From NCBI GenBank assembly GCA_001662655.1, contig KV460233.1: a stretch of 64,000 bases of DNA; one strand, 5' to 3'. Source of the stretch: Pseudogymnoascus verrucosus (lineage: Eukaryota). The notes under the pieces are model-generated. The model saw nothing but the letters and a program-made list of their open reading frames with translations. It ran no database searches and was not told where the DNA came from. Of this stretch, positions 25,796-38,235 are shown piece after piece (position 1 is the stretch's first letter; every line of letters starts with the position of its first letter). The position numbers and the translations under genes are program-made.

Positions 25796-27461
25796 ATGGC
25801 ACAAACTGAGAAAGCTCTTGAGGCGGAAAGTTCACCTGATACGAGCCCAGATTTGTCGGCGTCGTTTCAAGACGAGAAATACATTTCCCAAGAAGCATCT
25901 TCTCTTCAACTGCCTACCGCAGCTATTGCCAATACTGCCAAAGTTTCCAGTGTCCTTACTGTATTTGTTGCTGGCGTCGCGCTCTTCAGCGATGGCTACA
26001 ATGCCCAGATAATTGGCTACATGCAGCCATTATTTGCCGACCTGTACGTGCACTCCTCTGAGCGAAGCTCTAGTATGTTCTCTAACCCCAAAAACTAGGT
26101 ATCCAAATGGCATATCTAGTGCAATTAAAACCCGCCTCTCTAACTCGTACTTAATCGGCGAAATATTCGGCATGCTATTCTTCGGCGTCCTTATTGACAA
26201 GGTTGGCCGACGCACGGGTATATTCTTCGCAACTATATTCCTAATTATTGGCATTATACTCGCTACGGCCTCGCATGGAAAAGACCAGCTTGGTCTGTTC
26301 TGGATGATGATTGTTGGCCGTGGTATTGCTGGCTTTGGCGCTGGGGGTGAATACCCCGTCTGCGCTACGACTGCTGCTGAGGCCTCGGACGAGACTTCGC
26401 ATGTTCGCCGACGACGAGGGTTTCTGGTTGCTATGTCCACTGACTTTGCCGTTGATCTCGGCTTCGTTTTTGCCGGTATTGTCGCGTTGATTGTTTTGGC
26501 ATGTTACAACCAGAAATCTTCAGAAGGAGTCTGGAGGGTCTGCTTTGGCTTAGGCATTGTTGTAAGTGACTATAAGCTGAGAACTATACAAACGACAAAT
26601 ATTAATGCAGTCAGCTCCCCATCGCCGTTGTCTTCTATCGTCTCCGCATGGCAAACTCCACTCAATTTCGAAAGCATGCCATTAAAACTAATATTCCCTA
26701 CATTCATGCTTTGAAGTTGTATTGGAAGCCAATGCTTGGCACATGTGAGTTTCTACCCATATTTATGCCCCTTAATATTTCAGCGCATTACTAACCTTTC
26801 TATCTAAGCTCTCGCGTGGTTCTTCTACGACTTTGTAACCTACCCATTTGGCCTCTTCTCCTCTACCATCATCTCCCAGCTCAACCCGAACAATACCGTC
26901 GTCCAGAACATTGGCTATGGCACAGTAATCAACTGCTTCTACCTCCCCGGCTGCATCATAGGCGGCCTGCTTATGGATAAAATCGGACGCAAGCAAACTA
27001 TGACCCTCGGATTCTTCCTTTGGGCCATCCTCGGCTTCGTTCTCGGCGGCGCACTCGGCCCCATCCAATCCGTGTTTCCCCTTTTCGTTGTCCTATACGG
27101 CATCTTCAACGCCCTAGGCGAAATGGGCCCCGGAGTCGCGACATTCCTGTGCGCAGCGGAATCTTTCCCTACTCCCCTTCGCGGGCACTATCTCGGTTTT
27201 GCAGCCGCAGTTGGTAAGGCGGGCGCAGCGATCGGGACGGAAGTCTTCACACCGATCCAGGACTCGTTTGCGAATACGGAGAAGGGGCAGCAGGGGGTGT
27301 TCTTGATCGGGGCTGCTTTTGCGGTTGTGGGGGGCCTAATTGCGTGGTTCTTTATCCCGGATAAAGAGAGGGATTTGGAGGCCGAGGATGCGAGGTTTAA
27401 GGCGTATCTGGAGGAGAACGGGTTTGATACAAGCTGTTATGGGGAAGTCCAGGTTAGATAA
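25796..27461 (+). CDS. MFS permease, GIT1 (glycerophosphodiester/phosphate transporter)-like
   Basis: VAGVALFSDGY, DKVGRR, GRGIAGFGAGGEYP, DKIGRK, GEMGPG and AESFPTPLRG..GKAGA; three introns. Confidence 0.9.
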
Positions 27462-29132
27462 CTTCGCATTATAGCGTAGCATATTGCACGGAATTTTAAA
27501 TAAACTCCTCAGATAAGCTATTTCTCGATCTTCCTCGATCAGCCGCGATTTCGTCCTTAGCTGCTGCTTGCAAAGGGATTGTTCGAAGTCTCTTGTCGAG
27601 ACCCTTGAGATGCATTTTCACTCTATGAATAACGTCAAGTAATATTAACTATCGAAACAGCGTTCTGTCCATAGGCCCTTTCATGCATTAAACATCATTC
27701 GTGACAAAATATCCCTCGTCATGGCTCATATACAGCAGAAGAAATGCCCCAAATCGATGTATTACATACAACCCCTGCGGAGAAACATAATTGAAACACA
27801 TATCGACATGACGTTCAACCTTTAGGACCTCATCCCCATCCGACCCCTTCCCGTCGTTCTCTTTTGTCGACCGAGTAGGTAAACTGCTAACCGGTGCCGG
27901 ATAATTTCAACGTTATGTTTCTTCCTCGACCTATTAACGTTAGTTAGGGACTGTCCATGAACTGTGGAAGATGATATTTTATAACTTGGGGAAGCACATA
28001 CCTGATGGTCTTAGTAAGTTAGATGAGAAACCCAAGACGTGCCAATTGAACCTGTCCCGACTTTGGAAACAGGCCGGCCCGGTTATCGACTTTGAAATTT
28101 CGTAGTCTTGAGTATCTGGGACTACTCGGAGTCTCTCCTGAGCTTTCATATCCCGGCTGTGGATGGTTTATTTTCTGTCGTGGACGCAGTATGCGTTACT
28201 TTCCAACCAAGAATGTGCCTCCCCGATTCGATTGCAATCTGTTCGAGGCATCGTTGCCTCATTCTATTGCCGAGAACAAGTCAACTGACTGCGACATAGC
28301 TGGCTTCAAACAGCCCCACTGCCACGATTGTCAGTACGGCCTATTGAAAGTCTGCCCCGTCATCGTAGGTGCTTAAAACATTCATGGGATCGACGAAACG
28401 AAAGCGCTTGGAGAGAATAGCGAGCGCCTCGATGGCACTACTATTTCCGAAGCTTCGACTCCGCAAGTGAGAGACCAATGTGCGTATACCTCGCCTTGGG
28501 CCAGAGAACCTGAAATGGGTGACGTCTAGGTTCTCCTACCCTGTGCCCGATCAAACAACCCTCGTTGTTCTCAGCCTCCGCATAAGCAGATGTTTTCCAA
28601 GATCAAGACATCACAGCAAGGCCTGTCAAAGAAAACAACCACGAAACAGAGGCAGCAAGAAGCAAAGTTGTACGAATGAGAACATAAGATCACAAACACA
28701 ATACCCAACGGTGTGGGTGTTACTCCACTGGGCACTCATTCATCCATAATAGCAATAAGGTTGGTAGCGATGGCTTGCCTTAGTGGTACGGAGTCGGCGT
28801 TGACAGCTGGTGGGCTTGGAACTGATGTTTGAAATAGCGTGCTCTGAGGTAAGACACTTTCAGAGCTTCATCTGGCTGGCATGGTCTCCCCGGTAAGTTA
28901 CCGTCTCCATGGCGGCCAGTTGCCATGGTATTATTAGCCGCTTGTGAGCAGACATAATTATACGTGGCGGCCATGGCATTGTGCCGCGGGTCTAAGTGTC
29001 TAAACTCAAGGGCATCCATTGATTAGCCCATATCTGAAGGTGGGAAATACCAAAGTGGTGAGGTATCCTGGTATTAAATCCCGGTGCGATCCTTTGGGAG
29101 ACTGTTTTTGTGACTGGCTCACATCCATATAC

Positions 29133-29177
29133 TCCTGTGGTGCGAAGTCCTGTGGTGCGAAGTCCCGTGGTGCGAAG
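29133..29177 (+). repeat. 15-bp tandem repeat x3
   Basis: tcctgtggtgcgaag tcctgtggtgcgaag tcccgtggtgcgaag. Confidence 0.85.
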
Positions 29178-29612
29178 AATAAAAGCTACTGGTGTGGTTT
29201 GCTGGATGTTGTGTGGTAGCTGTTCGATGGGTCAATTGCCATTTGTGTTTGTGGTAGAGCTCCAGCTTGTGGCCGCTGCATATATCTGGAAGGCCCAACA
29301 GCCAGTACCATGCAGAAAGGCGACCAGGTAAGAGGCACACTTGTGGTAGCGGCATGGAATCGAAAAGCCGATATGGCCAACACCGTATGGACAGACGACT
29401 AGGTAAATGGCATGCACATCCTGGTGGATGCCGACTTTCAACGTATAAGGCCAAGTTGCTGGGAAGATTTGATAATCAGACAGGCAGTCGGCTTCCTTGG
29501 AATGGTATAGCAATGACCGAATGGAGCATATTTGCTGTCCCCGTGGAAGTTTGATTAACAAAAGTGGCTCCTGACCTGTGGCAGGTCTCATTCATTTCCA
29601 CGGGGCGTTCAT

Positions 29613-30499
29613 CTAGTAAACCACTGTTTGACGCTGGTGTGCATGTAACTGATGCCCGCCTGGATCCATTTGGAGCGTATAGTTATGCAATCGGTACCCA
29701 TCAAAGGGCCCTCTCTCCCTCGGTGGGGAAGTTATGGTTCCATCGGCAAGGTTCCCATCAATACGGCCCAGGAATTCAAAAACGGACGTCCGGGGGGATT
29801 GGGATGATGTGCTCAATGGTAGGGATTCAGAGCTTCCTAGGCCGTGCTGTTTATAGTGGAAAGAGCCCTCTTGCCCGGCATGTACAGTATCCAAGGCTAC
29901 CCGTTCTGGGTCTGTTTTGGGCATCCTGGGTGGTTCATTGAGTGTTTCGCCCGACATACGTGACTCCACGTCGGTCATGCCATCGCCAACTCCGTCCACC
30001 GTCAGATCCCGGGCCCTGGGATCATCAATGTGGATATACCCCTGTGCCCAGCGGTCTGCCAGTCTATCCAAAGCCTTGGCTCCTCTGGCAAGCTCCATGG
30101 TACAGAAGAGCGCGGCACACACGAACAACGGGATAGCGGCTGCAACTTTCCGGCCCTGAAACGGTGAGCAGTCCAAAAGGATCGGTGATAGGATGATGAG
30201 GACTAGTGTCGGCGGCACACCGTATCTGCGTGTGATTAGCGAGCTGACGACGGGGTTCGGTCTGTCGATGCGAGACCTACGAGGCGATGTCTGGGAGGCG
30301 GCAGAGGACGAAGGCTCGTGTGGATAAGGTGAACAAGACGATAGTTCTAGGTCATTAGATGGGCCCTGGAGTTTGTTTAGAGGGGCTTCGACACATACAC
30401 GGATAACTGGGGGTTGATGGAGAAGGGCTCATAGATGGTGAACCAGATGATGGCGGTGGTGGCCATGGTTGCCTGGGGTAGCCACATCACTGCGAACAT
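29613..30499 (-). CDS. Hypothetical membrane protein, probably 3 exons
   Basis: Two GT-AG introns (the second with a CTAAT branch site) join MFAVMWL...QLSV, TIVLFTLSTRAF... and YGVPPTLVLIILSP... in one frame. Several hydrophobic segments precede a polar tail. Confidence 0.5.
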
Positions 30500-31565
30500 G
30501 CTGGGCAAAATGGTGGAGATATGGGACGGTGTAGATATCGGATGATGGAGATATGACTCGGAATAATTCAAACAAACGTTATAAGAGGTTGTCTTGGTAT
30601 AATATGGGGTACGGACGAAGAGCCGTGGATGGATCCGTGGGGAAGAAATGATGGGGAATCCCTATTTAAAGCATTTGGTCCAGAAGACAAGTGACCATCA
30701 GCAAGCCTCAATTGTGCAGGGTAGTAAGAACGAGGCGGATAAGTGGGCAAATCGGAGCATACACCACGGAGCCAGTCACGTCGATTGGGAGATAAGTATT
30801 GTGGCTGTTCATTCATTCGCACCTTCTGCCACACCTCCATCTATCAGCCTCTCAGCAATATATCAATGCCCAACCCAACCCAATTGCTTCCCCCCTCGCA
30901 GCCCCGATAGGCAACAGGACGCCACAAGCCAAACGAGCCAATTAATATCAATAACCTAGAGAATTGTAATCAGAAATGTCCCCAACATCAAATCTCCGAC
31001 CCCTCCGGACCAGACACCCTGCCGCTCGTCCTCACCGAGTGTGGCGCAAGCAGAGGGCATGTTGTGAAGTAGCATCAGAATCCCGATTTATAAGCACCGC
31101 TGGCACGTCCCACTGGGATTACCTATAGGTACGTGCCGGCCTAATACGGCTCTTCCTAAAGATATATGGGTATATGAACTCATCATTTGCTTTTTCGGGT
31201 CGTTGCGTGCGTGGATGGTGGTACGGTCGAGTGCGAGCTCAATCGTGCGTCGTCGATTGACAGTAGAAGGAGAAAAGGTATTGCTTACCTGGTAAGTTAG
31301 TTGATACACAGCTTGTGATGAACTCGACAGCGACGCCGAACCAGCTGCGCCTGTTGACGCTTCGAGCGTTGCATATTTGTAAATGGAGACAAGAGCTTGA
31401 AAACGAAGAAATACTGAATTGCTATCCGAACGCGCTAAGTTATCGCTAGCGTGGCTTGGGAGTTAATTAACCACGTGACTTCATGGTTTCAATATCACGT
31501 GATATAAGCAGGAGATATTGGCAGCTGCGTTCCCCTTGTTTAATTACAGCTATCAGCCTCACGCG

Positions 31566-32231
31566 ATGACCGGGATAACAAAGTTGACCGGGTCCAATTA
31601 CCGCGTCTGGAGCCTGCGGGCGAAGCGGCTCCTGCAATCCCGCGGGCTCTGGGATGTCGTGGAACCCCTCCCGAGGGCAGACAAGGCAGGGGAGCAGCCC
31701 CAAGCACCGGGCGGTGACGTGCCTGCCGCCGCTCCTCCCCCAGCCGCAGACTTCGAAGTCCGCGATGCCCAAGCGAGCTGTCTGATAATGGAGCTTTGCG
31801 ACCCCATCTCCCTCAACCTCATCGTCTCCACCGAATGCGCGCAAATGCAATGGGTGCGTCTGCGGAGGTTCTACGGGCCCTCATTGGGGCAGTATCAGGG
31901 GCTACGGGAGGAGTTTGGGGAGTTCGCTGCGAAGGCGGGAGGAAAGGGGTGGGCGGAGATTGCGGGGGAGTTAGAAGGCCTGCAGCAGCAGATTGGGGAG
32001 GTGCCGGGAGGGGTAAAGCCGGGGGAAGAGGAGATGCTGGGGGTACTGAATGAGGTGGCGCGGGGGAAGGGGGGTGAGTATGGGAAGCTTGCTGGATATC
32101 TTAGGTTAAAAGGGGAGTATACGTATCAGAACTTTTTGATGAGCCTGGTGTCGTTGGAATGGCAAGAGGCCAGGAGCTCGGGGAAGAAGAATAAAGGAGG
32201 CGGCTGGAAGAAAGGTGGCGGAGGGCAATAG
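31566..32231 (+). CDS. Stand-alone Ty1/copia Gag (capsid)-like protein, copy A (intact)
   Basis: ITKLTGSNYRVWSLRAKRLLQSRGLWDVV and DAQASCLIMELC...AQMQWVRLRRFYG match the copia gag N-terminal (DUF4219/UBN2-type) pattern. It ends in a basic Gly/Lys tail with no zinc knuckle and no pol. Confidence 0.75.
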   Translation: MTGITKLTGSNYRVWSLRAKRLLQSRGLWDVVEPLPRADKAGEQPQAPGGDVPAAAPPPAADFEVRDAQASCLIMELCDPISLNLIVSTECAQMQWVRLRRFYGPSLGQYQGLREEFGEFAAKAGGKGWAEIAGELEGLQQQIGEVPGGVKPGEEEMLGVLNEVARGKGGEYGKLAGYLRLKGEYTYQNFLMSLVSLEWQEARSSGKKNKGGGWKKGGGGQ

Positions 32232-32546
32232 GGTTATGGAAGCAGCTGTTCGTAGAATAAATATAAAGCCGTCAACTGTTAAATGGGTCCAGGTCCGAAG
32301 CGTCTCTTGACACTTGGTGTTAGCGATAGGGACGTGCACTATATGTACGTTGGCATTTGGCTCTAAAATAGCAACTTTTCTGTATCATGGTTAGGTCTCC
32401 CGATTAGCTTTCGATATCTCCACCACCCACCACTTTTGCCGAGAGCTGAAATTTAGCTTCTCTAGCTAGCCGCCTCAAGTCTGCAAGTAATAGGTAGGCC
32501 TATGAAGCAGATATTTTATTATAACCACGCCATATACTTTATTGTT

Positions 32547-33236
32547 ATGGACCCTCCTAAATCCATCTATTAAAGTGAGAGGTTCCCGTCACCATACCAG
32601 CCTACCTAAAGCTATACGCCTCGCACCTGGCGCTTCCAGGTAGAATATCTCCTCTGCTACAACGACGTCTGGCACGTCGTCTCACCCTCACTGTCCCCAG
32701 AAGATACAGGCAATGAAGTTGCAGCTGCGGAAGACTTAACCGACGAGCGTGAGAAGTTCAGACAAAATCTACACGCCATGGTACTCATCCAGGACCACTG
32801 CTCCAAGGAGATACGGTCAAGGATCCTAAACTGTAAGGACGCCGCAGAGGCATGGGAGGAATTGAAGAGCACGTATGGGCCGCAGCTGAGCAGGCCCCCG
32901 GATATGCTAGGGGAGTTTGTGAGTTATGTGCCACAGGCGGGAATGCGGGTGTCGGATATGGCGGAGGATCTGGCTAAGCTCCAGCACGATATTGCGGAGG
33001 TGTGTCGGGAGGAAAGGCCGTCAGATATGATGAAGACGGCTGTGTTGCTTAGGGCGGCGGATGACGTGGTAAGGGCCGCAGGGGATAAGGGTTGGGCGGT
33101 TTTATGGGCAATGAGGGGGCGGGAGTTTTTAGAGGTGCTGCGGGCGCTTGTGACGCTTGAAGAGGAGGTTACGAAGAGAAAAAGGGTGGAGGAAGGGAAT
33201 AGAGGCGGTCGAAAGAGAGGTCGAAGACGGCAATAG
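32547..33236 (+). pseudogene. Copia Gag-like copy B (5' end disrupted)
   Basis: Open frame RTWRFQVEYLLCYNDVWHVV...AMVLIQDHCSKEIRSRILNCKDAAEAWEELKSTYGPQL...ERPSDMMKTAVLL with a basic tail. Stops lie between the upstream ATG at ~32547 and this frame. Confidence 0.65.
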
Positions 33237-33471
33237 AGATATGCAAGCAGCTATTTATAGAATGAATAGAGAGCTGTGAGATACCCCGCAATTAGTTTTG
33301 ATGCTCCTGCTACCACCTTTGCCAAGAGCATAGCTAACTTCAACTCTCTGAGGATTTGGGTAGAAACATCGGAATAATTTGGCTCCTCTTCGCTAGAAGT
33401 ATTATTCCTAAGATACAATTACAGAAAACCTGCTATCGATTCTGACCGAAGTACCAACCTAATAACACACA

Positions 33472-34104
33472 ATGTCTAATACCCCCCCATGGATACAAAA
33501 AACGAGTTTCAATTGCGCTGAAAATATTGAGAGTTACCTCCAGGAAGATGGCCACCGAACTTGGGGCTTTGTCATTTATCGCTGTACCTATGTCAGCGAC
33601 GTCGACTGGAATAAATTTATGGAGCTTCTGCGACGCCACATCAGGCGGAGCTTCGAGTTCTACAACAGGCTGGATATTATGGACAGCCTCAGCCTGACCA
33701 TCATCCAAGATCAATCGATTTTCGACGACGCCAGTACGTCTTTCGTCCGCGAGCATTTCAAGCAATGGGCCGCCACGGCACCAGAAGAAGAGCAAGGCGA
33801 AGGCATAGGACCGGGCCTGTCTCAACGCTACAGATATTGCATACAGGTGGACGATTACGCCCTAGAGTCTATCATGGAGGATGAGAATGATGGTTACGTC
33901 AATCTCATAAAGAGGGAGTGGGATCCGCAGAGTCAGGGTGATCGAGGGCCGGTAGAAGACCCCATCGAAGACTGTACGCTACACGATGTAGGGTGGATGA
34001 TGGTTGACTACCGAGACGTTATGGTGGGCTTTCATTACCAGTTACGGGGTTATAACAATTGGTACCAGGAGTATCGGCGGCCTCCAAAAGTGGCCCATGG
34101 GTGA
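33472..34104 (+). CDS. Fungal hypothetical protein (WGFVIYRCTY family)
   Basis: 210-aa ORF with TWGFVIYRCTY..DWNKF, VREHFKQW, RYRYCIQVDDYALES and VGWM. Confidence 0.75.
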   Translation: MSNTPPWIQKTSFNCAENIESYLQEDGHRTWGFVIYRCTYVSDVDWNKFMELLRRHIRRSFEFYNRLDIMDSLSLTIIQDQSIFDDASTSFVREHFKQWAATAPEEEQGEGIGPGLSQRYRYCIQVDDYALESIMEDENDGYVNLIKREWDPQSQGDRGPVEDPIEDCTLHDVGWMMVDYRDVMVGFHYQLRGYNNWYQEYRRPPKVAHG

Positions 34105-34259
34105 GCTGGAGTTGGAGGAAATTGAATTGCTCAGAACTCGCATAGAGGCTTCTACGTAATTGCAAGCAACGTGACTTTCTGTTACTCTGTTTAGCTAAGA
34201 CCTCTTACACCCTATGCTTACGTAGTAATTTATAGACTCACCTAACCAGGCACCCAATC

Positions 34260-34680
34260 CACAGGAACTAGACGGGCCTCTCCTCTAGTTTCTCACTTAA
34301 TCCATCAGCCCCCAGACCGTAGATTATAAGTCGATCCATAACCTAGACCACAAGCACCCTCCCAGCGCCTAGATCGCCATCAAAACCCACGCCTTACTCT
34401 CACAACCAAGCCCTTCCTTGCCGCCATACCCTGCACCCCACCCACCGTCGCCCACAATGCCACCCATGGAGCCCCCCATCGGGCATGCAAACTACCGCAC
34501 CAAGAAAATCCGAAGCCCTCCTCCGCCCCCAAGGCCTCTAAAAGGCCGTCCCAGAGTCTCTCCTCAACGACCCCGCCCTCGACTTCCACCCGCCAGCTGG
34601 GCCTAACATCCCTATTCTGCGTTTCGAGCTGTTCACAGTTCCTGACTACCGAACGTGGCACAAAGAGGTAGAGGGACGGT
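34260..34680 (+). pseudogene. Copia Gag-like copy C (5' fragment only)
   Basis: Ends at ...FTVPDYRTWHKEVE. Nucleotide-level similarity to 56310-56595, including the upstream tttctcacttaatccatca. Confidence 0.55.
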
Positions 34681-35634
34681 TGATAGGCCGCTTTAGTAGT
34701 AAGCTCCCACATCCAATGGAAACGGTTTCTCGCTCGGGTACTCCGTTAGGATGACACTTCTCGCCTCCGCTGCCTGCGCAGAATCCGTAATGACCCCTTG
34801 CGTAACCGGAATATTGTAGTCTTTTAGCCTAGTTGAAGTGTAGCTCTAACGTAACTGCACTGTACACTTTAGGAGGGGCGTGGAGCTTTGCTAGGGGGTG
34901 GTGCATTGTTTCGGTCTTATTCTAATTGGTACAACTGTAAGCCTAGAAATCCAACACAAAATACGTTTAGAAATTAAAGTCCTGTGAAAACAAAGAAGAG
35001 GAAATGCCGTGAACCCTCTTAGTCTCTCTTGTTAGTGGCTCTGTTGGTATACTCAGTCAGACAATTAATATCCACTTGCATGCATCCACAAAGCTTGTTG
35101 GGGCTAAGCACAAAGCTTGTTAGCGCCAAGGCAACAGTTGACGGGTGATGAGTTTTGCAATTCCAACTGCATTAATTACATTGCCCATAGTTTCAACTAC
35201 ATTAACACCTACGTGATCTTTGGCTTTCCGCCTCCCATTGGTGAGGTACTCTCCTATAACCCCACCGCTAGTACAGCTGACAGTTGGATACCACTCAATT
35301 TAGTCTGGCATGTCTGACGGTCGGAGGATATTACGGACGCAATTGATATTGCAATCAAGCTGTATGTACCTTGGATCCGAGGCTGTTCGTTGGTGATTCG
35401 TTACGCCGTTCCAAATATAGCCAACAATAGCGGCTGCCTAGCACTATCGGAGAGCGTTCTAGACGTGGTAAACGTGGGGGCGGGGAGGGGGGAATTAAAT
35501 TGACCACTATGAACCAGATTATGTATGATGTATTTCGTGCTTTACAATTTCAAGCAAGCTAGGCTTGCTGTTCACCACTAACGATCCTTGACCAACTTCT
35601 CCCTCCCAATCTATCGCTGCCGACTGTACCCATT

Positions 35635-36238
35635 TCAAAGGAAAAGTAAGATTCCCAGCATCGCTATAGCAGTCGGCCAAGCCACACAAAGCACATAGTC
35701 AAACCACATCTCATCCTCATGCCTCCCCCAAAACACCCCAGTCGCCAATCCAGCATTTGCCGCCAGGAGAATAAGTAAAACAGAGCGTGTTAAAAAGGTA
35801 TTTGAGACGTGGCTTGCATCTTCGATATAGATGAACATTCCAATAAAAAACGGGAATAGAAGAGTAAAGCCGATCAGCCCTAGCGTTTCTACAGGCCCTA
35901 GGCTAGCTGAAGGCTGGTGACGTTGGGAGGAGCCTTTCTTTTCATCCTGGTCGTCCAGCAGTGGTTGGGCTTGGAAATCGAGTTTTGAATGAAGGGATGC
36001 CATAGAAACGCTTATTTGGAGCATTGTATTTGAGAGGTCCGAAAGTGTCGATTGTATGTCGACACAGTTTATATCGCAAATCGAGACCTGGGGGGGGGCG
36101 TAGTGATGGCGATTGGGAAGCCGTGTTAGGGCTGTGAAACATAATGTTGCAGCCGGCTTGGAAGGCAAGAATGCTCAGGGTCATAATCAATAAACCCAAT
36201 AGAGCTTGGGGCCGGGCTTGGAGAGCTTTGAGAAGCAT
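35635..36238 (-). pseudogene. Hypothetical membrane protein with an apparent frameshift at a homopolymer
   Basis: The hydrophobic N-terminus (MLLKALQARPQALLGLLIMTLSILAF) and the three-TM C-terminus are in different frames that meet at the G9 run 36090-36098. Confidence 0.4.
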
Positions 36239-36759
36239 TGTGGTTGCCTGAGAAGACTTCGACCTGAACAATGACTGTAGGGTTGACGCTAACAGTGATT
36301 AGGAGGAGTTCTAGGCAAGTAACAGCCGTCCGTGATAGAAAGTGCAGAATGCCAACGACGAAGTTTCTTGCAATACAATAGAGTTCGCTAAGAACCTATT
36401 GTCAGGGGATATTATCTAACCGACATCGCGGGAGACTAGCCAGGGAACCTCGTACTACCCGCATTGCCATACCAAATTTAAGTAGCCCGAAGAGTGTATG
36501 CCTTTGGGAATATATCCACAAAAGCAGTAATTGGTGTATCAATCCACATCGAATTCTTAGAATCCCTTTTCCCGTATCCGTTGGTTTCTAAATCAACCGC
36601 ATGGATGTAGTTGGCAAAAATGGCCTATGTTGCGAAAGGGAAGTATGCTCTCATAGTCGATGTCACATACATATAATGGCCAACTCTGCTCCCCGAGAAA
36701 CTCACATTACACCAAACAAATATCATCTTCTGAAAGCCATCAAGGGTGGTTTTCCAAAC

Positions 36760-37709
36760 ATGCTGTTTATAAAAGTTGTTACTAGCGCTGCATTTCTCGT
36801 CTCTGCTATTCTTACTCCCTCTCTATCCCGTCAAAAGATGTCGCCATCGTTTCTCGCGACGAGGTTGTTACGTCTCCCGAAACATCTCTCTCAGTACGGG
36901 TCACAACGGATCTTTCTCCTCGTTTAGCAGGTTCTCCAGCAGTTGTTCTAGCTACAATTAGCGGTACTGTTGCCGTTGGGTCTGCTGCTTGCATTTCTGG
37001 CCAAGTTGTTGGCTGTGCCGCTGCCGCGATTGCATTAGGGGTTCAGTCTGTCGTCGCGACATTCTTTTACCTTTACAAAGTCTTCCAAAAAAAAAAACGA
37101 TCCATCATTGCTTCCTACGCGAAGCATTGGGGCAGGCACATTCCACCTCCACGCTGAATACGTCCCAACTTACAGCATGCGACATTCGGTGCAAGCTTAA
37201 TGCTACAGCTGGATCTGGCGAGTGGACCACGCTTGGGAACATGACCACAAATGGTACCCTCCATAACATACACTACCGTCGCTCAGGAGGTATGCATGGA
37301 GTTCGAGCTGTGCCAGATACAAGCTCAAACACAGATGTGCTTAGAGCGAGGCAGAGTGATGATACAGCCAACAATAATGGATTTATTATAGCCTACTATT
37401 GGGAAGATAACAGCAACGAATACGAGTAAGTTATCAATCTATATTTCACTTTGCCATACTGACTGAATTTATAGTTGGAGTAATTGGGATCAGGTGCATG
37501 ATGATGTGCCCGTCGCGAATAGTATTGCCAGGTTCATCGTTAGCTCAGACTCCGCCTTAATCTGTGCAGACCTCGAAGACAGTGATGGAGCCATTAACGC
37601 CGGAGTAATGGGTACGGACAATGATAATCAAGGGGATGTTTATACAGACACATATCTTCAGCAGGCTTTGGACTTCTGCGCCGCAGGGGATGGTTTGAAG
37701 AAGCTGTGA
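36760..37709 (+). pseudogene. Frameshifted secreted protein with a preprotoxin-like layout
   Basis: Signal-like MLFIKVVTSAAFLVSAIL, then a shifted frame ...DLSPR/LAGSPAVVLATISGTVAVGSAACISGQVVGCAAAAIALG, then an N-glycosylation-rich middle and an acidic C-domain after RAR/Q. Intron at ~37426-37473. Confidence 0.5.
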
Positions 37710-37931
37710 GGTGTTTGCGATGAGCATTAGTTCCCAGCCACACCTGGGCTCGCTGGCCTCGTAAGCCCCAAATCCAGACTATATTCATTTCTTCCATTCA
37801 TTAAGATCGAAGTCTATTACGCATCGCTCTTGTTTGAGTGGTATTGACCTTCTGTTTCTTCTATATAAGCCTCAGTTGATTCTCCTTCGATTAGAAGAAT
37901 TAAAGCACTACTTTGGTACCACTTTAGAGTA

Positions 37932-38112
37932 TGTTGATGATATTGCAATGAACACATGATGAAACTAAGTCGGCACCTTCTCCCTCCTTAACAACTTCGT
38001 ACACTGCACATACGCGCTCTTCATCTTCTTCTCTTCCTATCGTTGGTCAGCTCTCTCGTTCACTCGCCGCCCGCGGTCCTCAACTCACCGGGTATAATCG
38101 GATCTGATAACA
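37932..38112. mobile_element. Possible solo LTR
   Basis: TGTT...AACA termini, 181 bp. No target-site duplication found (gagta vs cattc). Confidence 0.3.
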
Positions 38113-38235
38113 CATTCTACTTAATAATTTATGCAGAGATGAATGTGCATAGTAATTACCTTAGAAATAAGTAACTTTACATAGAAACTATTCTAAGAAA
38201 CTACCTTGAGTTGGCGGTTGGGCTGCCTAGTTAGG

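Noticed and set aside
28092..29591. Several overlapping short ORFs on both strands
   Set aside because: No recognisable motifs or consistent exon structure.
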